Shown here: positions 22,982 through 36,154 of the stretch, in pieces
Position numbering within the stretch: the stretch's first letter is position 1
Layout: each line of letters begins with the position of its first letter
Assembly: GCF_009914755.1 (NCBI RefSeq)
Contig: NC_060925.1
DNA length: 64,000 bases
Strand: one strand, 5' to 3'
Source of the DNA: the human T2T-CHM13v2.0 reference genome, Homo sapiens
The notes under the pieces: model-generated
Told to the model about the DNA's origin: nothing
What the model saw: only the letters and a program-made list of their open reading frames with translations
The model's database searches: none
Translations under genes and position numbers: made by a program

Positions 22982-23043
22982 CTTCCTGGTGGGTGGGGAG
23001 GAGAAGTGCCGTCCTCATGAGCCCCTCTCTGTCCCACCCATAG
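22982..23043 (+). ncRNA. MIR6769B: MIR6769B, 5'-tailed mirtron hairpin
   Basis: 5p arm TGGTGGGTGGGGAGGAGAAGTGC (22987-23009) pairs with 3p arm CCCTCTCTGTCCCACCCATAG, which ends at the intron-4 acceptor; mature sequences recalled from memory. Confidence 0.85.
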
Positions 23044-23173
23044 GGCGGAAGCCGGCAGAAGGTACTGGTGATGGAGTACTGCTCCAGTGGGAGCCTGCTG
23101 AGTGTGCTGGAGAGCCCTGAGAATGCCTTTGGGCTGCCTGAGGATGAGTTCCTGGTGGTGCTGCGCTGTGTGG
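23044..23173 (+). CDS. IKBKE: IKBKE exon 5 ([18 protein letters not shown]...LRCV)
   Basis: Kinase hinge MEYC; tag| acceptor and G|gtgagc donor. Confidence 0.97.
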
Positions 23174-23304
23174 GTGAGCCCCTCCCTGTCCCTGCCTCCA
23201 CCCTCAGACCAGCAGCAGGCCTGGGACAGATGCTGACAGGACTCAGGTGTCTGACTCCTGCTAATCATTCCATTTAAAATTCCAACTTAAAAATTAAACC
23301 TAAA

Positions 23305-24066
<762 letters not shown>

Positions 24067-24359
24067 GAACACCTAATCAAAAGAAGTAATACAAAGAGGG
24101 GTGCTGCCCTTGAGGACACAGAGCCACCACCCATCTTGGTTTCCTAGAGAATCCAGATGGTACCTCCATACCCTAGTGTCCTTGAGATGCCCCCTAAGCC
24201 CCATGCACGTCTCTGTCCTTCTGCCTGTCCCATGGCTCTGTCAGCCCATGGGAACTCCTGTCTCTCTGGATGCAAGGACAGCCTTCCCACCAAGATGAGC
24301 CTCAGACACTAGACTGTCCCCGACCAGAGCCAGCTAGTGGCCTCCCCGTCTGTCCCCAG

Positions 24360-24541
24360 TGGCCGGCATGAACCACCTGCGGGAGAACGGCATTGTGCAT
24401 CGCGACATCAAGCCGGGGAACATCATGCGCCTCGTAGGGGAGGAGGGGCAGAGCATCTACAAGCTGACAGACTTCGGCGCTGCCCGGGAGCTGGATGATG
24501 ATGAGAAGTTCGTCTCGGTCTATGGGACTGAGGAGTACCTG
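24360..24541 (+). CDS. IKBKE: IKBKE exon 6 ([11 protein letters not shown], activation loop [11 protein letters not shown])
   Basis: Catalytic loop and DFG motif; frame consistent. Confidence 0.98.
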
Positions 24542-24856
24542 GTGGGTGAGCTGCTCGAGACCCGCTGCCCTATGCTGAGGGCTCCCCTTGCCTTGTGAGC
24601 CCCCCAGAGCCCCCATGAGGGGGTGTGGCCCACCTCCTGCTTCCACAGGAGTTATGTCTCTCCCCTGTACCCCAACCAGAAGAATGCATTCTGTTCTCTA
24701 AGATGGAAAAGGTGAGGCTGACACCCATTTTTAAGATGACAAAGAAGGATTTGAACAGTTCTGTTTTCACCTGCAGGCGGTGAAAGGGGGTCTGACAGGT
24801 CTCAGGCCCTTGCCAGCCCTCCGGCTCCATGGCCTCATTCTGGTTCTCTCCGGCAG

Positions 24857-25017
24857 CATCCCGACATGTATGAGCGGGCGGTGCTTCGAAAGCCCCAGCA
24901 AAAAGCGTTCGGGGTGACTGTGGATCTCTGGAGCATTGGAGTGACCTTGTACCATGCAGCCACTGGCAGCCTGCCCTTCATCCCCTTTGGTGGGCCACGG
25001 CGGAACAAGGAGATCAT
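24857..25017 (+). CDS. IKBKE: IKBKE exon 7 ([12 protein letters not shown]...NKEIM)
   Basis: DLWSIG kinase subdomain IX; AT|gtacgg donor. Confidence 0.96.
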
Positions 25018-25928
25018 GTACGGTGGGCCACAGGGCAGGGAATGGGGCGGACTGGCAGTCCCCTGGCCCTTCCCCCACCGGTCCTTGCTGTGTCTTCTGG
25101 TCCCCTCACACTCCATGGCCCTCCTCTGGTCCACCCCCCAACCCAGGCTCTTTGTAGATCTTTTTTTGTTAATGGGATCAAACAAGCAGCTGAGCTCTGC
25201 CCAGGGCTGATGGGAGTCTGTGAATATGCTCTATGTTAGTTCGGTGCTTCACTCTAGCCCTCTGCTCCCTTACTGCTCTCCTCGTCTCAACCGAAGCTCA
25301 AAGAGTGCCTTGCCTAAGGTGGAAGAGCTCACCAGGGGCAAAGGTGGCAGCTTCCTGTTCCCAGGTCCAAGGTCTTTCCATGGTTTTGTGCCATCGGACA
25401 GGGAAGTAGCAAGTGGCTGGAGACAGTAGCGGCTCCCTCTGAGTGCACAGCCCAGAGCAGAGGAGATGTCAGCTGGCTTAGTGGGAAGGTTGCTGCACCC
25501 ACCTCAGCCCCGGGGTCCAGCTGTGTGGAACCTATATCAGGCCCGCAAAAGGGGCAGAAGACCAGCATGGATGGGGGTTGTCAGGGAAGGCTGGACTCTG
25601 AAGGGAAAGAAAGAGGAGAGGATACTGGGGCCATGCATAGCATGGGCAAAGGTGTGGAGGAGGCTGGCCAGGCTGAGGGAAGTGTAGCAGGGGGGAGAGG
25701 CAGTGGACAGGGCAAAGGTGTCTCTACCTGAAGCAAAGGGCTCCAGGAGGAGTGCTGAGGCAAGGCGCTCTCACAGCTGAGAGCCAGGTTTCTCACACTC
25801 CATCTGTCAGGCTACTTTGGGGTAGCTGGGTGACTTGAACCTGTGCTCCGAGCCCTTTGTGCTGAGTGTGTCGTTGCCCGGCAATGTGATAGCTGGGGAT
25901 CCCGCTGACCTGGCCTTCCTCCCCGCAG

Positions 25929-26039
25929 GTACCGGATCACCACAGAGAAGCCGGCTGGGGCCATTGCAGGTGCCCAGAGGCGGGAGAACGGGCCCCTGGA
26001 GTGGAGCTACACCCTCCCCATCACCTGCCAGCTGTCACT
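25929..26039 (+). CDS. IKBKE: IKBKE exon 8 (YRITTEKPAG...TCQLSL)
   Basis: cgcag| acceptor, CT|gtgagt donor; 111 nt. Confidence 0.95.
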
Positions 26040-26339
26040 GTGAGTGGGACCCTGCTGGGGGGTGATGCTGGAGTCTGAGCTGGGTGTCACTTCTCTCTGC
26101 TAAGTCAAGACTTCTGAGGCCTGTTCCAGCAGGTTCCGGGCATGCTGCAGGCTTGGGCACACCACTTTCCCATCTGGTTGCTGGAATGAGTTCTTCCAGC
26201 TCTTCCTCCCCAACCCACCCTGCCCCACCATCTTGGTCCTAGCTCTTCAGGATATTCTCTTAGAACGCTCCTATTGCCTGCTTAAGGAGGATAGGTCTGG
26301 GCCCCCACCCCTGACAGTCTCCATGTCCTGGGAGGGCAG

Positions 26340-26519
26340 GGGGCTGCAGAGCCAGCTGGTGCCCATCCTGGCCAACATCCTGGAGGTGGAGCAGGCCAAG
26401 TGCTGGGGCTTCGACCAGTTCTTTGCGGAGACCAGTGACATCCTGCAGCGAGTTGTCGTCCATGTCTTCTCCCTGTCCCAGGCAGTCCTGCACCACATCT
26501 ATATCCATGCCCACAACAC
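26340..26519 (+). CDS. IKBKE: IKBKE exon 9 ([15 protein letters not shown]...HAHNT)
   Basis: End of kinase domain and start of ubiquitin-like domain; AC|gtaagt donor; purine-rich acceptor. Confidence 0.95.
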
Positions 26520-27122
26520 GTAAGTGGGGGCGAGGGAGGGAAGCGGTGAGAACCTTCTCTACCCAAGCAGCAGTGCATGTCCAAAGCAGCATCTCCCACA
26601 GTACGTTCTGAGGAGTGTGTACATAGGAACGCTTCCAGGTCCAAACGTAGTTGGGAAAAGACTAGTTCTACAAAGTTAAAGCTAAACAGGTTTTCTTGCA
26701 TGTACTTCAGAGAGTCAGTACCTTTTCTAATGCTAATATGCATTATACATCTGAGAAGTGTGTGCGTGGTGTATGTTGGCTGTACATTTCGTAAAGGTAC
26801 TGCTCATAGTACCCTTGATTCCTGGATAATTTTATAGAACTAGGTAAATTTTAATGGCAGTGTGACAGGAAGAGGTGCAGAGGCAAAGGCTGGGTATTAG
26901 GACTCCTGGGACCTGTTCCCACTCTGTCTCCATCACTATAAGATGTGAACTCTCCCCTTGGTCTCTCCACCCTTGATGACAGAGAAAACCACCCCCGTCC
27001 CTCCCTCTGCAAAACAGAGCCCTGTCTATGGGCAACGCTTAGCTGGGGCTTAGGTCACCCTAGCCCCCTGCCTTGCCTACTGACACCCCCTGCCCTCTGC
27101 TCCCCACCACGGCTGTGTCTAG

Positions 27123-27313
27123 GATAGCCATTTTCCAGGAGGCCGTGCACAAGCAGACCAGTGTGGCCCCCCGACACCAGGAGTACCTCTTTGAGGGTCA
27201 CCTCTGTGTCCTCGAGCCCAGCGTCTCAGCACAGCACATCGCCCACACGACGGCAAGCAGCCCCCTGACCCTCTTCAGCACAGCCATCCCTAAGGGGCTG
27301 GCCTTCAGGGACC
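27123..27313 (+). CDS. IKBKE: IKBKE exon 10 (IAIFQEAVHKQT...LAFRD), ubiquitin-like domain
   Basis: ctag| acceptor, C|gtgagt donor; frame consistent. Confidence 0.95.
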
Positions 27314-28049
27314 GTGAGTAGAGCCACCTGGGCTGGATCTTTCTCCTCCCCACATTTTCCTCTGAGACAGGAGTTTGCAATCCAGGCCATTGGTTACTTT
27401 TCTTTGTGGGTGTTTCTTTGGGGCCACAGGGAGCAGGAGGCAGATGTGGGTTCTAATTCTGCAGACGCCTCTGAGATGCCACATGACGTGGGCTGGTGGC
27501 TTGACCTCCCTGGGGCTTACTGGCATCCTCAGAGCTGTGGAAAGAGCTCCAGTGGAAACAGGGAGATCTGGATTTAATGCACTTTCCATAATCTCTGATT
27601 TGTGGGGAAGCCTCAGGCAGTTTGTGTTGGAAGAAGCCCAAGTCTGAGCTCCTGGAAAGAAGGGAAGGGGGTCGGGGTCCAGAGCTTGGGCCTCTCTCCA
27701 AACTCTAGCAAAAATGTCCTTTCTTCTCACTTGAACAGTGCAAGTTTTATCCTCTTTCTCTGAGGCTAGGAAGGGGTATTCACCTCAAAACCTGTGGACA
27801 AGAGGGTGATTTAGTCCATTTTCAGCTCTTGGACATGAGGAGGTAGTTCTCAAAAGTGGCCGCAAGGTGGCAGTGAGGGATCACAACTTTAAGTGTGGCT
27901 AAGGCTGGCAAGGTGGGAGGCTCAGGGTGAGTTGTGAAGCCTGAGGTGGGAGATTGGCAGTGAGGGGTGAGTGTGAGCTGGAAATAATGAAAGATAAGCC
28001 GACCCAGCACCATACAGGCAGGCCCCTCAGACAGGGTCTTTGTCTGCAG

Positions 28050-28114
28050 CTGCTCTGGACGTCCCCAAGTTCGTCCCCAAAGTGGACCTGCAGGCGGATT
28101 ACAACACTGCCAAG
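28050..28114 (+). CDS. IKBKE: IKBKE exon 11 (PALDVPKFVPKVDLQADYNTAK)
   Basis: ctgcag| acceptor, AAG|gtgagg donor. Confidence 0.95.
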
Positions 28115-28201
28115 GTGAGGGGCAACCCCCAGGTGGCAGGGAGGGGCATGACCCAAGGGTAGGAGGTGTGGGACCTGGCCCTGTGCATCTCTGTGTTTCA
28201 G

Positions 28202-28293
28202 GGCGTGTTGGGCGCCGGCTACCAGGCCCTGCGGCTGGCACGGGCCCTGCTGGATGGGCAGGAGCTAATGTTTCGGGGGCTGCACTGGGTCAT
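28202..28293 (+). CDS. IKBKE: IKBKE exon 12 (GVLGAGYQALRLARALLDGQELMFRGLHWV)
   Basis: tttcag| acceptor, AT|gtgagt donor; 87-nt upstream intron. Confidence 0.95.
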
Positions 28294-28308
28294 GTGAGTA
28301 ATCATGAG

Positions 28309-28545
28309 GGCTGGGCACAGAGGGGGAGGCGGGCAGGAGAGGGAGGCGGACAGGAGGGGGAGTGGGCAGGAAGGGGAGATGGGTGGGGGGTGGGCAGGAA
28401 GTGGAGGTGAGCAGGAGGAGGGGGTGGGCAGGAGAGGGAGGTGGGCAGAGAGGGGGAGGCGGGCTGGAGGGGGAGGCGGGCTGTAGGTGGAGGCAGGCCG
28501 GAGGGGGAGGCAGGCCAGAGGGGGAGGCCGGCAGGAGGTGGAGGC
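28309..28545 (+). repeat. G/A-rich degenerate repeat (GGGCAGGAGAGGGAGG-like), G-quadruplex prone
   Basis: Many G3-G6 runs filling most of IKBKE intron 12. Confidence 0.85.
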
Positions 28546-28626
28546 CAGTATCCTGGGATGCTGTCTGCATGCACGGTGCTGAGTCCCCCGATCAAGGCAG
28601 CTCTGACTCAGTCTCCCCTTGGACAG

Positions 28627-28713
28627 GGAGGTGCTCCAGGCCACATGCAGACGGACTCTGGAAGTGGCAAGGACATCCCTCCTCTACCTCAGCAGCAGCC
28701 TGGGAACTGAGAG
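28627..28713 (+). CDS. IKBKE: IKBKE exon 13 (EVLQATCRRTLEVARTSLLYLSSSLGTE)
   Basis: gacag| acceptor, AG|gtgggt donor. Confidence 0.94.
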
Positions 28714-29935
28714 GTGGGTGTTCGCCTCAGGCCAGCTGGGACCTCTCAGCCCTGCCTTGTCTGCTCCTCACCCTAGATACTTCCAACAATGCACCTCTTC
28801 TCCCCAAGCCAGGGCTACTGCCTTCCCTGCCCTCCTAGAATAGAGGGCACCCGCACCCTATCCCTTATCCCCACCTCACCAAATAACTGCAATGGCTCCC
28901 CCAAAACCCAGTCCCTCACCTGCAGGGGAAGGGGCCCATGGGGGCACAGACTCTCCAGGTACCAAGGTGGCCTCCCTATCCCAAGAAGGGGCTTGTGTCC
29001 TGCCAAGTCCTTCTCTGAATGATTTAGAGTGCTCACCCTATGCCAAGTGCCAGCAGAACTCTAGGGGGAGGACACACACCCACGCACAGTTCCTGGATGT
29101 GACCGGGGATGGAGATCCAGGTGGTCTCATTCTCCATGCCTCATCTCCTGCTTTCTCTGAGTCTTCAACTTATCCTTGCCTTCCTTGGGTTCCCTGCCCC
29201 AATCTTTGGAACCCCACTCCCTCCACTCCCTTGTCTTGGGCTAATAAGGGGGGATGGGTTGGAAAAAGAGAGAGACCGGGCAGGAGGAAGCCAAGTGGAA
29301 GGGTCTGGAGATGGGGAATGTGGGAAGACTTCACTGGCCAGAGCACGATTGAGAAGTAGGCACAGCACCCCAAATCCTGGAAGGCACGAGGCCATGGTAC
29401 GGGTGAGAGTGGGAGCTCTGCAGCCTAGGGATGCCACTGGTGACAGGAGTCTTTGGGAACAGAAGATCAGAGACTGCCCATATGCCTGAAGGCCCCCTCC
29501 TCCCGCCACCCCCAGCCCTTGTCCTCAGGGAGCTCCAGGGAGTTTCCCAGCTGTGGGCTGACTCATGCAGCCCCGCGTGCCTCCTGCTTCGCAGCAGCAA
29601 CTCAGTTGATGGGGCAGCTGGGAGGTGGAGGAGCAGGGAGGAGGAAGAGGAGCATCTCCAGATAACAGGGATGGAGTCTCCATCCAGACTGAGCCCCTCT
29701 CAAATGGTGACAGAGAGTAGGGTTCAGTCAGCAGAACTGCAAGTGAATCTCCTTTGAGCAGAGCTCTGTCCAGGGCACAGAGGGGGCTCCAGGGGTAGAT
29801 GTGGCATCCTGTCATTCAGAGAGGCCCATGCTTCCTCCGGAGCAGCTAGCCCTTCCTGGACATGTGAGGGCTGATGGGATTGTTGGGTAAGAGGAGACCT
29901 GAGATGGGTAGAGGCAACCACGGAGGCCTTCCTGA

Positions 29936-30252
<317 letters not shown>

Positions 30253-32109
30253 TAGGATGAGGCTTTTAAGGCCAGAAAGAAGAAGAATACCTCAGGCAGG
30301 AAGGTCTGCGCAGAGACAGAGAAGAAAAGGGCCCTGTTCGGGGGAAAGGAGGGGATGCTGGGGAGGCTTACTGAAGCCACAGTCATGATGGCAGATAGCC
30401 CAGAGCTAAGCCAGAGGCGGACAGAGGTGGAGGTGAGGAGGGGAGGAAAGAAGGCATAGAGGCCCTGAAGGAGTCCAGCTAGAGAGAGGTTGGACCCCAA
30501 TAAAACAACCAGTAGAGAGCCATTGTAGATTCTTGACCTGGAAAGATGTGTTTGGGAAAGCTTTTTGGGTGTCTGTCTGCCCACTTGCCCTGGATGGACA
30601 GGCATGGTGGGGAATGGCACGCTGGCCTGGGTCTGGCGTCCTGGCATCCTGGTGTCCGCTGGCTGCTGTTCCCCTGTTCTGGCTCTGCAGCCTCCTCCAA
30701 GGTGGCCTCCGTGGTGTGTCTAGAGAGCTGGGGTCAGGCAAGTGCCTGCTTTGAAGCCTATTTCAGCCTCCCATCAAGGAGGAGGATGGTGAGCAAAAAC
30801 AGTTGTGAGCAGGGAGCCAGAGGGCCAGGTGCAGCCTCTTCTCTTAGTCTGGGTGTGGCTCCAGCCCATTGTCACCTTCCCCTACCTGGGCCTCTGTGTC
30901 CTCATTTTCAAAATGAGAGGGTTGCATGATCTCTGCGGCCTCCCAGCTCCCACATGTTGCAAGCCCATTCTTGCCTGAACATCCCCAGACCTGTAGGTTC
31001 TCCTAAGGGCTGAAGACACTAGCTCCACCCGCAGTGGAACCAGGTATTTTCATGAGCTGAATGTCACACTGGAGGAACCCAGCACCTCATGCCAAGTGGC
31101 CCACCTTTGCCCATCCTGGTGACTCACCTCTCCCCCAGTGTGCATATCCTGCCTCAGGTTCCCCAGGACAGGTCCTTTGGTAGAGCAACCTTGCCTTTGT
31201 CCCAAAGCTCCCTGGCCCTCCTGGGCAGCTGCTGCCATCCACAGGCACTGCTCAGGCAGCCAGGACGGGCTTTGGGAATCCTAGGGCTTCCCCCAGCCCC
31301 GCCACCAGGCAAGACATTCCAGGCAAGACTTCATCTCCAAGGTCCCTTTTGATCCCTATGAATATCTTATTGTGTCGCAGGAAGGAAATTTGTCTCCTCG
31401 TTTTATAGATGAAGAGCCTGAGGCCTGGAGAGCTAAAGGACTAACCCAAGGTCATGCAGATAGCAAATGCCAGGACTAGGACTCGAACCCATGTCTCCTG
31501 ACTCCCTGTGGAGATGTATTGGGTCCAGCCTCACCCTCTTCTGCCGTCAAATTTCCCATGCCTTAAAATCCATTTGTGCACTCAGTAACGCCTTCAGCAT
31601 CCGTGCACTGACGGACTACCATGTGCCGAACACGTTGCTAGGCACGAGACGTACGAGGAGCAAAGCGACGGCACCCCTGTCTTCAAGGAGCCTGCAGTTC
31701 ATTCCTGATTCTCTCTTTGCTCAGCTCCCCTCTCCTTCCCTGCTCCTCCATTCCCAAGCCAAAATACACAGCATACTTTTTAAAAATCATGATTGTTACT
31801 AAAATGTATATACTAATGGTAGAAAGTTAGAAAACAGAGATAAGCAAAAATAAGAAAATTAAAATCCCATAACCTACTATCTAGAGACAGGTTATCACAC
31901 CTTAGGAGTACACATCCTTCTAGATATTTTTCTACTATGAGTAAACATTAACCAACATGAAATGATAGTGTATTTGCTGTTTTATAACCTGTTTTGGGGA
32001 TCACATCTGCTGACCCACCTTCTGGACTCATCTAGAGCTTCCCCTTGAAGTTGTTTGTCTTGTCCTTCTTTCTCAGCATTTCCTGTAAACTGGGAAGTTT
32101 TAAAAATTT

Positions 32110-32566
<457 letters not shown>

Positions 32567-33160
32567 TGATTCCTCTGCTGTACCGTTACATTGTCCCTGT
32601 AGAAGAAAGAAGCAGAGTGGTGTGACCTCGTCACCGTGCAAATGCCCACCCCATTATCAACCATCATTGCTTGTAAGGCTATGCCCCAGAGAACGATTTC
32701 ACTGGGCAGCAAGATGATAATGTTCTAACTTCTGATATATCATTGCCTAGTAGTCTACAAAATATAGCTTTTCCCTCATCAGAAAGCTATTGGTTATCAA
32801 GAAATACAGTTTCTACTGGACAGGAACTTAATTCTTTCCCTTTAGTTACAAAGTTTCCTGGTAAGGAGATCATTAATAGCAGCCTTGCATCATGGGCCCG
32901 TGAATTTTCATAGACTCAAGGTGTTACAATCTGTCTCAACCTTTATTATTTGCAATACTCAACAATGTCACAACTTGGGTAAGCAGGGCCCTCGTCAGGA
33001 TGGCGCCTCTGTCCCAAACACAAAACTTCCCAGAGACCCGGAGAGCCACCAAGGCTGTCCCACAGATGCTATGCCCAGCATGTGCCAACAGAGCTCTCTG
33101 CCTCCCACCTTGGCTGCTCCTAAGCCCCCAAATGTGGCCTTTCTCTTTGCTTCCCTCAAG

Positions 33161-33236
33161 GTTCAGCAGCGTGGCTGGAACGCCTGAGATCCAGGAACTG
33201 AAGGCGGCTGCAGAACTGAGGTCCAGGCTGCGGACT
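33161..33236 (+). CDS. IKBKE: IKBKE exon 14 (FSSVAGTPEIQELKAAAELRSRLRT)
   Basis: ctcaag| acceptor, ACT|gtgagt donor. Confidence 0.94.
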
Positions 33237-33357
33237 GTGAGTGAGGCTGGAGGGCAAGGGCTTAGCAGGATCAGAGCTGGGGGCCCGTGTTCCAGCCAGC
33301 CTGCCCACCAGTGCCCAGGCTGAAGACCCCACGGGGGTCTGCCTTTGTGCCCCACAG

Positions 33358-33470
33358 CTAGCGGAGGTCCTCTCCAGATGCTCCCAAAATATCACGGAGA
33401 CCCAGGAGAGCCTGAGCAGCCTGAACCGGGAGCTGGTGAAGAGCCGGGATCAGGTACATGAGGACAGAAG
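33358..33470 (+). CDS. IKBKE: IKBKE exon 15 (LAEVLSRCSQNITET...HEDR)
   Basis: cacag| acceptor, AG|gtctgt donor. Confidence 0.93.
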
Positions 33471-34445
33471 GTCTGTGGGATTTTCCTTCTTTGTGGGGTG
33501 GGAGTGGGGGAGTGGGCAGCTCCAAAGGTCCAGTAACCTTTAGCCTTTTAGACGTCAGCTTGCATTCCCCTTTCTCTTGGCAAGGGTGCTAGGGCATGGG
33601 GGAGTAGAGGGAGATCCAGCAATAAACAAGAACCCCCCGACTGCCCCAGACACCAGCCAGGAGGAGAAAAGGATCTGGGGTCCTGCACCCATCTTGGAGT
33701 TTGAGGAATGCCTCGGGAATCTTAGCAGGTGCTATAATTCTGAATAAAAGAAGACTTTAGTTCCCTTTCTCTGTGTCAGGCCCTTGGGTAGGTCCTCTCA
33801 CGTACAGCATCTCGTTGAATCCTGAAAACAATAATGATGCTATGATAATGCCCTTTTTATAGAACCTCAGTCAGTGAGGTTAACTTACCCTGAGTCACAG
33901 CCAGTAAATGACAAATGACAGAGGTGGCTTCAGGTCGGGTCTGTCCACCTCCAAAGCCTATGTTCTTGGCCTATGCCAGGCAGGGGTTTACAACCTTTAA
34001 GGCACCACTCTCCCTTTTAACAGACATAAAAATACCCCCCTCCCCCAGGCCCCAGCTGACTGTGGGGAGCCGCTGCCTACCTTGCCGCTTCTGACCAGGG
34101 GATGGGTGGTACCCAGCGCGGACCTCCTCCCCATTCTCTGCTGGTGCCTACTGTAATCTGGGCCTATCCCCATCCATCATCCCATGCCCTCAATTCTAAA
34201 TTCAAACAGCTCTGAACACCACAGGAGTTTTTCTTAACTGTTTTGGCCATAAAACCTGACCTAAATCGAATGAGGCTCTTTATAGAATTTATCCCACTTA
34301 CGGTGAATGTTCTTGTGGTTCTTTGGAGATGTGAATGTGTTTGATTAGGAGTTGATGCCCTGCTCGGGCCATTCCACAATACACTGTGTGGGTACCAAAT
34401 TGCCTTTCTGATATCAGAAGACGATTCTCAATTCAGAGCACATTT

Positions 34446-35208
34446 GGCCCCGTCCTTTTGGATGAAGGCTGCAGATCTGAGGCCCCGTCCTTTTGGATGA
34501 AGGCTGCAGATCTGAGGCCCTGTCCTTTTGGATGAAGGCTGCAGATCTGAGGCCCTGTCCTTTTGGATGAAGGCTGAGGATCGAGGTCCTGTCCTTTTGG
34601 ATGAAGGCTGCGGATCCCAGGCCCTGTCTTTTGGATGAAGGCTGTGGATCGAGGCCCCATCCTTTTGGATGAAGGCTGAGGATCAAGGCCCCATCCTTTT
34701 GGATGAAGGCTGCAGATCTGAGGCCCTGTCCTTTTGGATGAAGGCTGAGGATCCCAGGCCCTGTCTTTTGGATGAAGGCTGAGGATCGAGGCCCCATCCT
34801 TTTGGATGAAGGCTGCAGATCCCAGGCTCTGTCTTTTGGATGAAGGCTGTGGATCTGAGCCCTGTCCTTTTGGATGAAGGCTGAGGATCGAGGTCCCATC
34901 CTTTTGGATGAAGGCTGCGGATCCCAGGCCCTGTCTTTTGGATGAAGGCTGTGGATCCCAGGCCCTGTCTTTTGGATGAAGGCTGTGGATCGAGGCCCCG
35001 TCCTTTTGGATGAAGGCTGAGGATCAAGGCCTCATCCTTTTGGATGAAGGCTGCAGATCTGAGGCCCTGTCCTTTTGGATGAAGGCTGAGGATCAAGGCC
35101 CCATCCATTTGGATGAAGGCTGCAGATCTGAGCCCTGTCCTTTTGGATGAAGGCTGTGGATCCCAGGCCTTGTCTTTTGGATGAAGGCTGTGGATCTGAG
35201 GCCTGTCC
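34446..35208. repeat. Minisatellite, 22 copies of ~34-35 bp (consensus GGCCCTGTCCTTTTGGATGAAGGCTGnnGATCnnA), in IKBKE intron 15
   Basis: 22 copies of the invariant GGATGAAGGCTG core counted. Confidence 0.97.
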
Positions 35209-36077
35209 CAGCCACTTCATCTTCCACCCTCATGTTCCTGGCGGGGCAGGCTCCTTCGGCTGGCAGAGCCCTGGAACAAGCCTGTGCTCTGTTCAGAGTC
35301 AAGCTCCAGAAATAGCAGAGATGGGGTCACTTGGAGGTGCTGCAGGGAGGAAGTGGAGCTACATAGGCCTGTGGGTGAGGAAGAACTTTTCCCAGACACT
35401 CCCGACTTCTCAAACAAAGTGTTTGTTTCCAGCCTGAAAAGGGGAAGGAAGAAATAATAATGACCTTCAACCCCAGAACAAGAAAGTCCTCGGGAGATCA
35501 TCTCCCCAGTTCCTCCGCCTCCGGGCAGGACCGAGGCCTGTTGATTCATTCTTGTTTTCAATAAGGATTATTGATTCATTATTTATGTTAAGTTTCTGCT
35601 GTGTGCCACACATTGGGTAAACCAAGAAGCTATATTCTTCTGCTTTTTCCAGTTGACCAGAGAGAGATTTTAGCTCCCCTCTATCCCCAGCTGTCACTGC
35701 CAGACACGCTCTTAGGTTTCAGGGGCCTAGGCTCCTTCCCAGGGCCTAGTCTCACAACTTCTCAGGTAGTAAAGGCCACGTTCCTGTTGCCCGTCCTGCT
35801 TGGCTTCCTGTCTCTCTTATCTCCTACTTAACTCATGCTGCGAGTGCATGTGTGTGAGAGAGGAAGAATAAGCCATGAGAACGAGAGACGGCTGGCTGAC
35901 TGTACGGGGTCTCAAATAAGCCTAGAGACGGGACAGCCACCTCCACTCCCAGACTGATCCCCCAAAACTGTGGCTGTGAGGCTCCTCCCCTATTCCACTG
36001 CCACCCTTCCCCTCCCTCCCTCTTTCCTCTGTGCTATTAGATTCTTCCAACACCTGGTCCCTGTCTCCTGCCCACAG

Positions 36078-36154
36078 CATCCAGCAGATTCAGTGCTGTT
36101 TGGACAAGATGAACTTCATCTACAAACAGTTCAAGAAGTCTAGGATGAGGCCAG
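36078..36154 (+). CDS. IKBKE: IKBKE exon 16 (IQQIQCCLDKMNFIYKQFKKSRMRP)
   Basis: cacag| acceptor, G|gtgagc donor. Confidence 0.95.

Noticed and set aside
28115-28201. 87-nt intron 11 as a second mirtron
   Set aside because: Only short bulged pairing was found, and it does not join the two intron ends.
34446-35208. CRISPR-like appearance (constant core with variable intervening sequence)
   Set aside because: The intervening parts are ~20-nt variants of one sequence rather than unique spacers; there are no cas genes and the context is a human intron. It is a minisatellite.
34414-35220. Minus-strand ORFs of 62-161 aa with repeating SAAFIQK / SLHPKG / QPSSKR
   Set aside because: Translations of the tandem repeat cycling through frames; no promoter or splice support.
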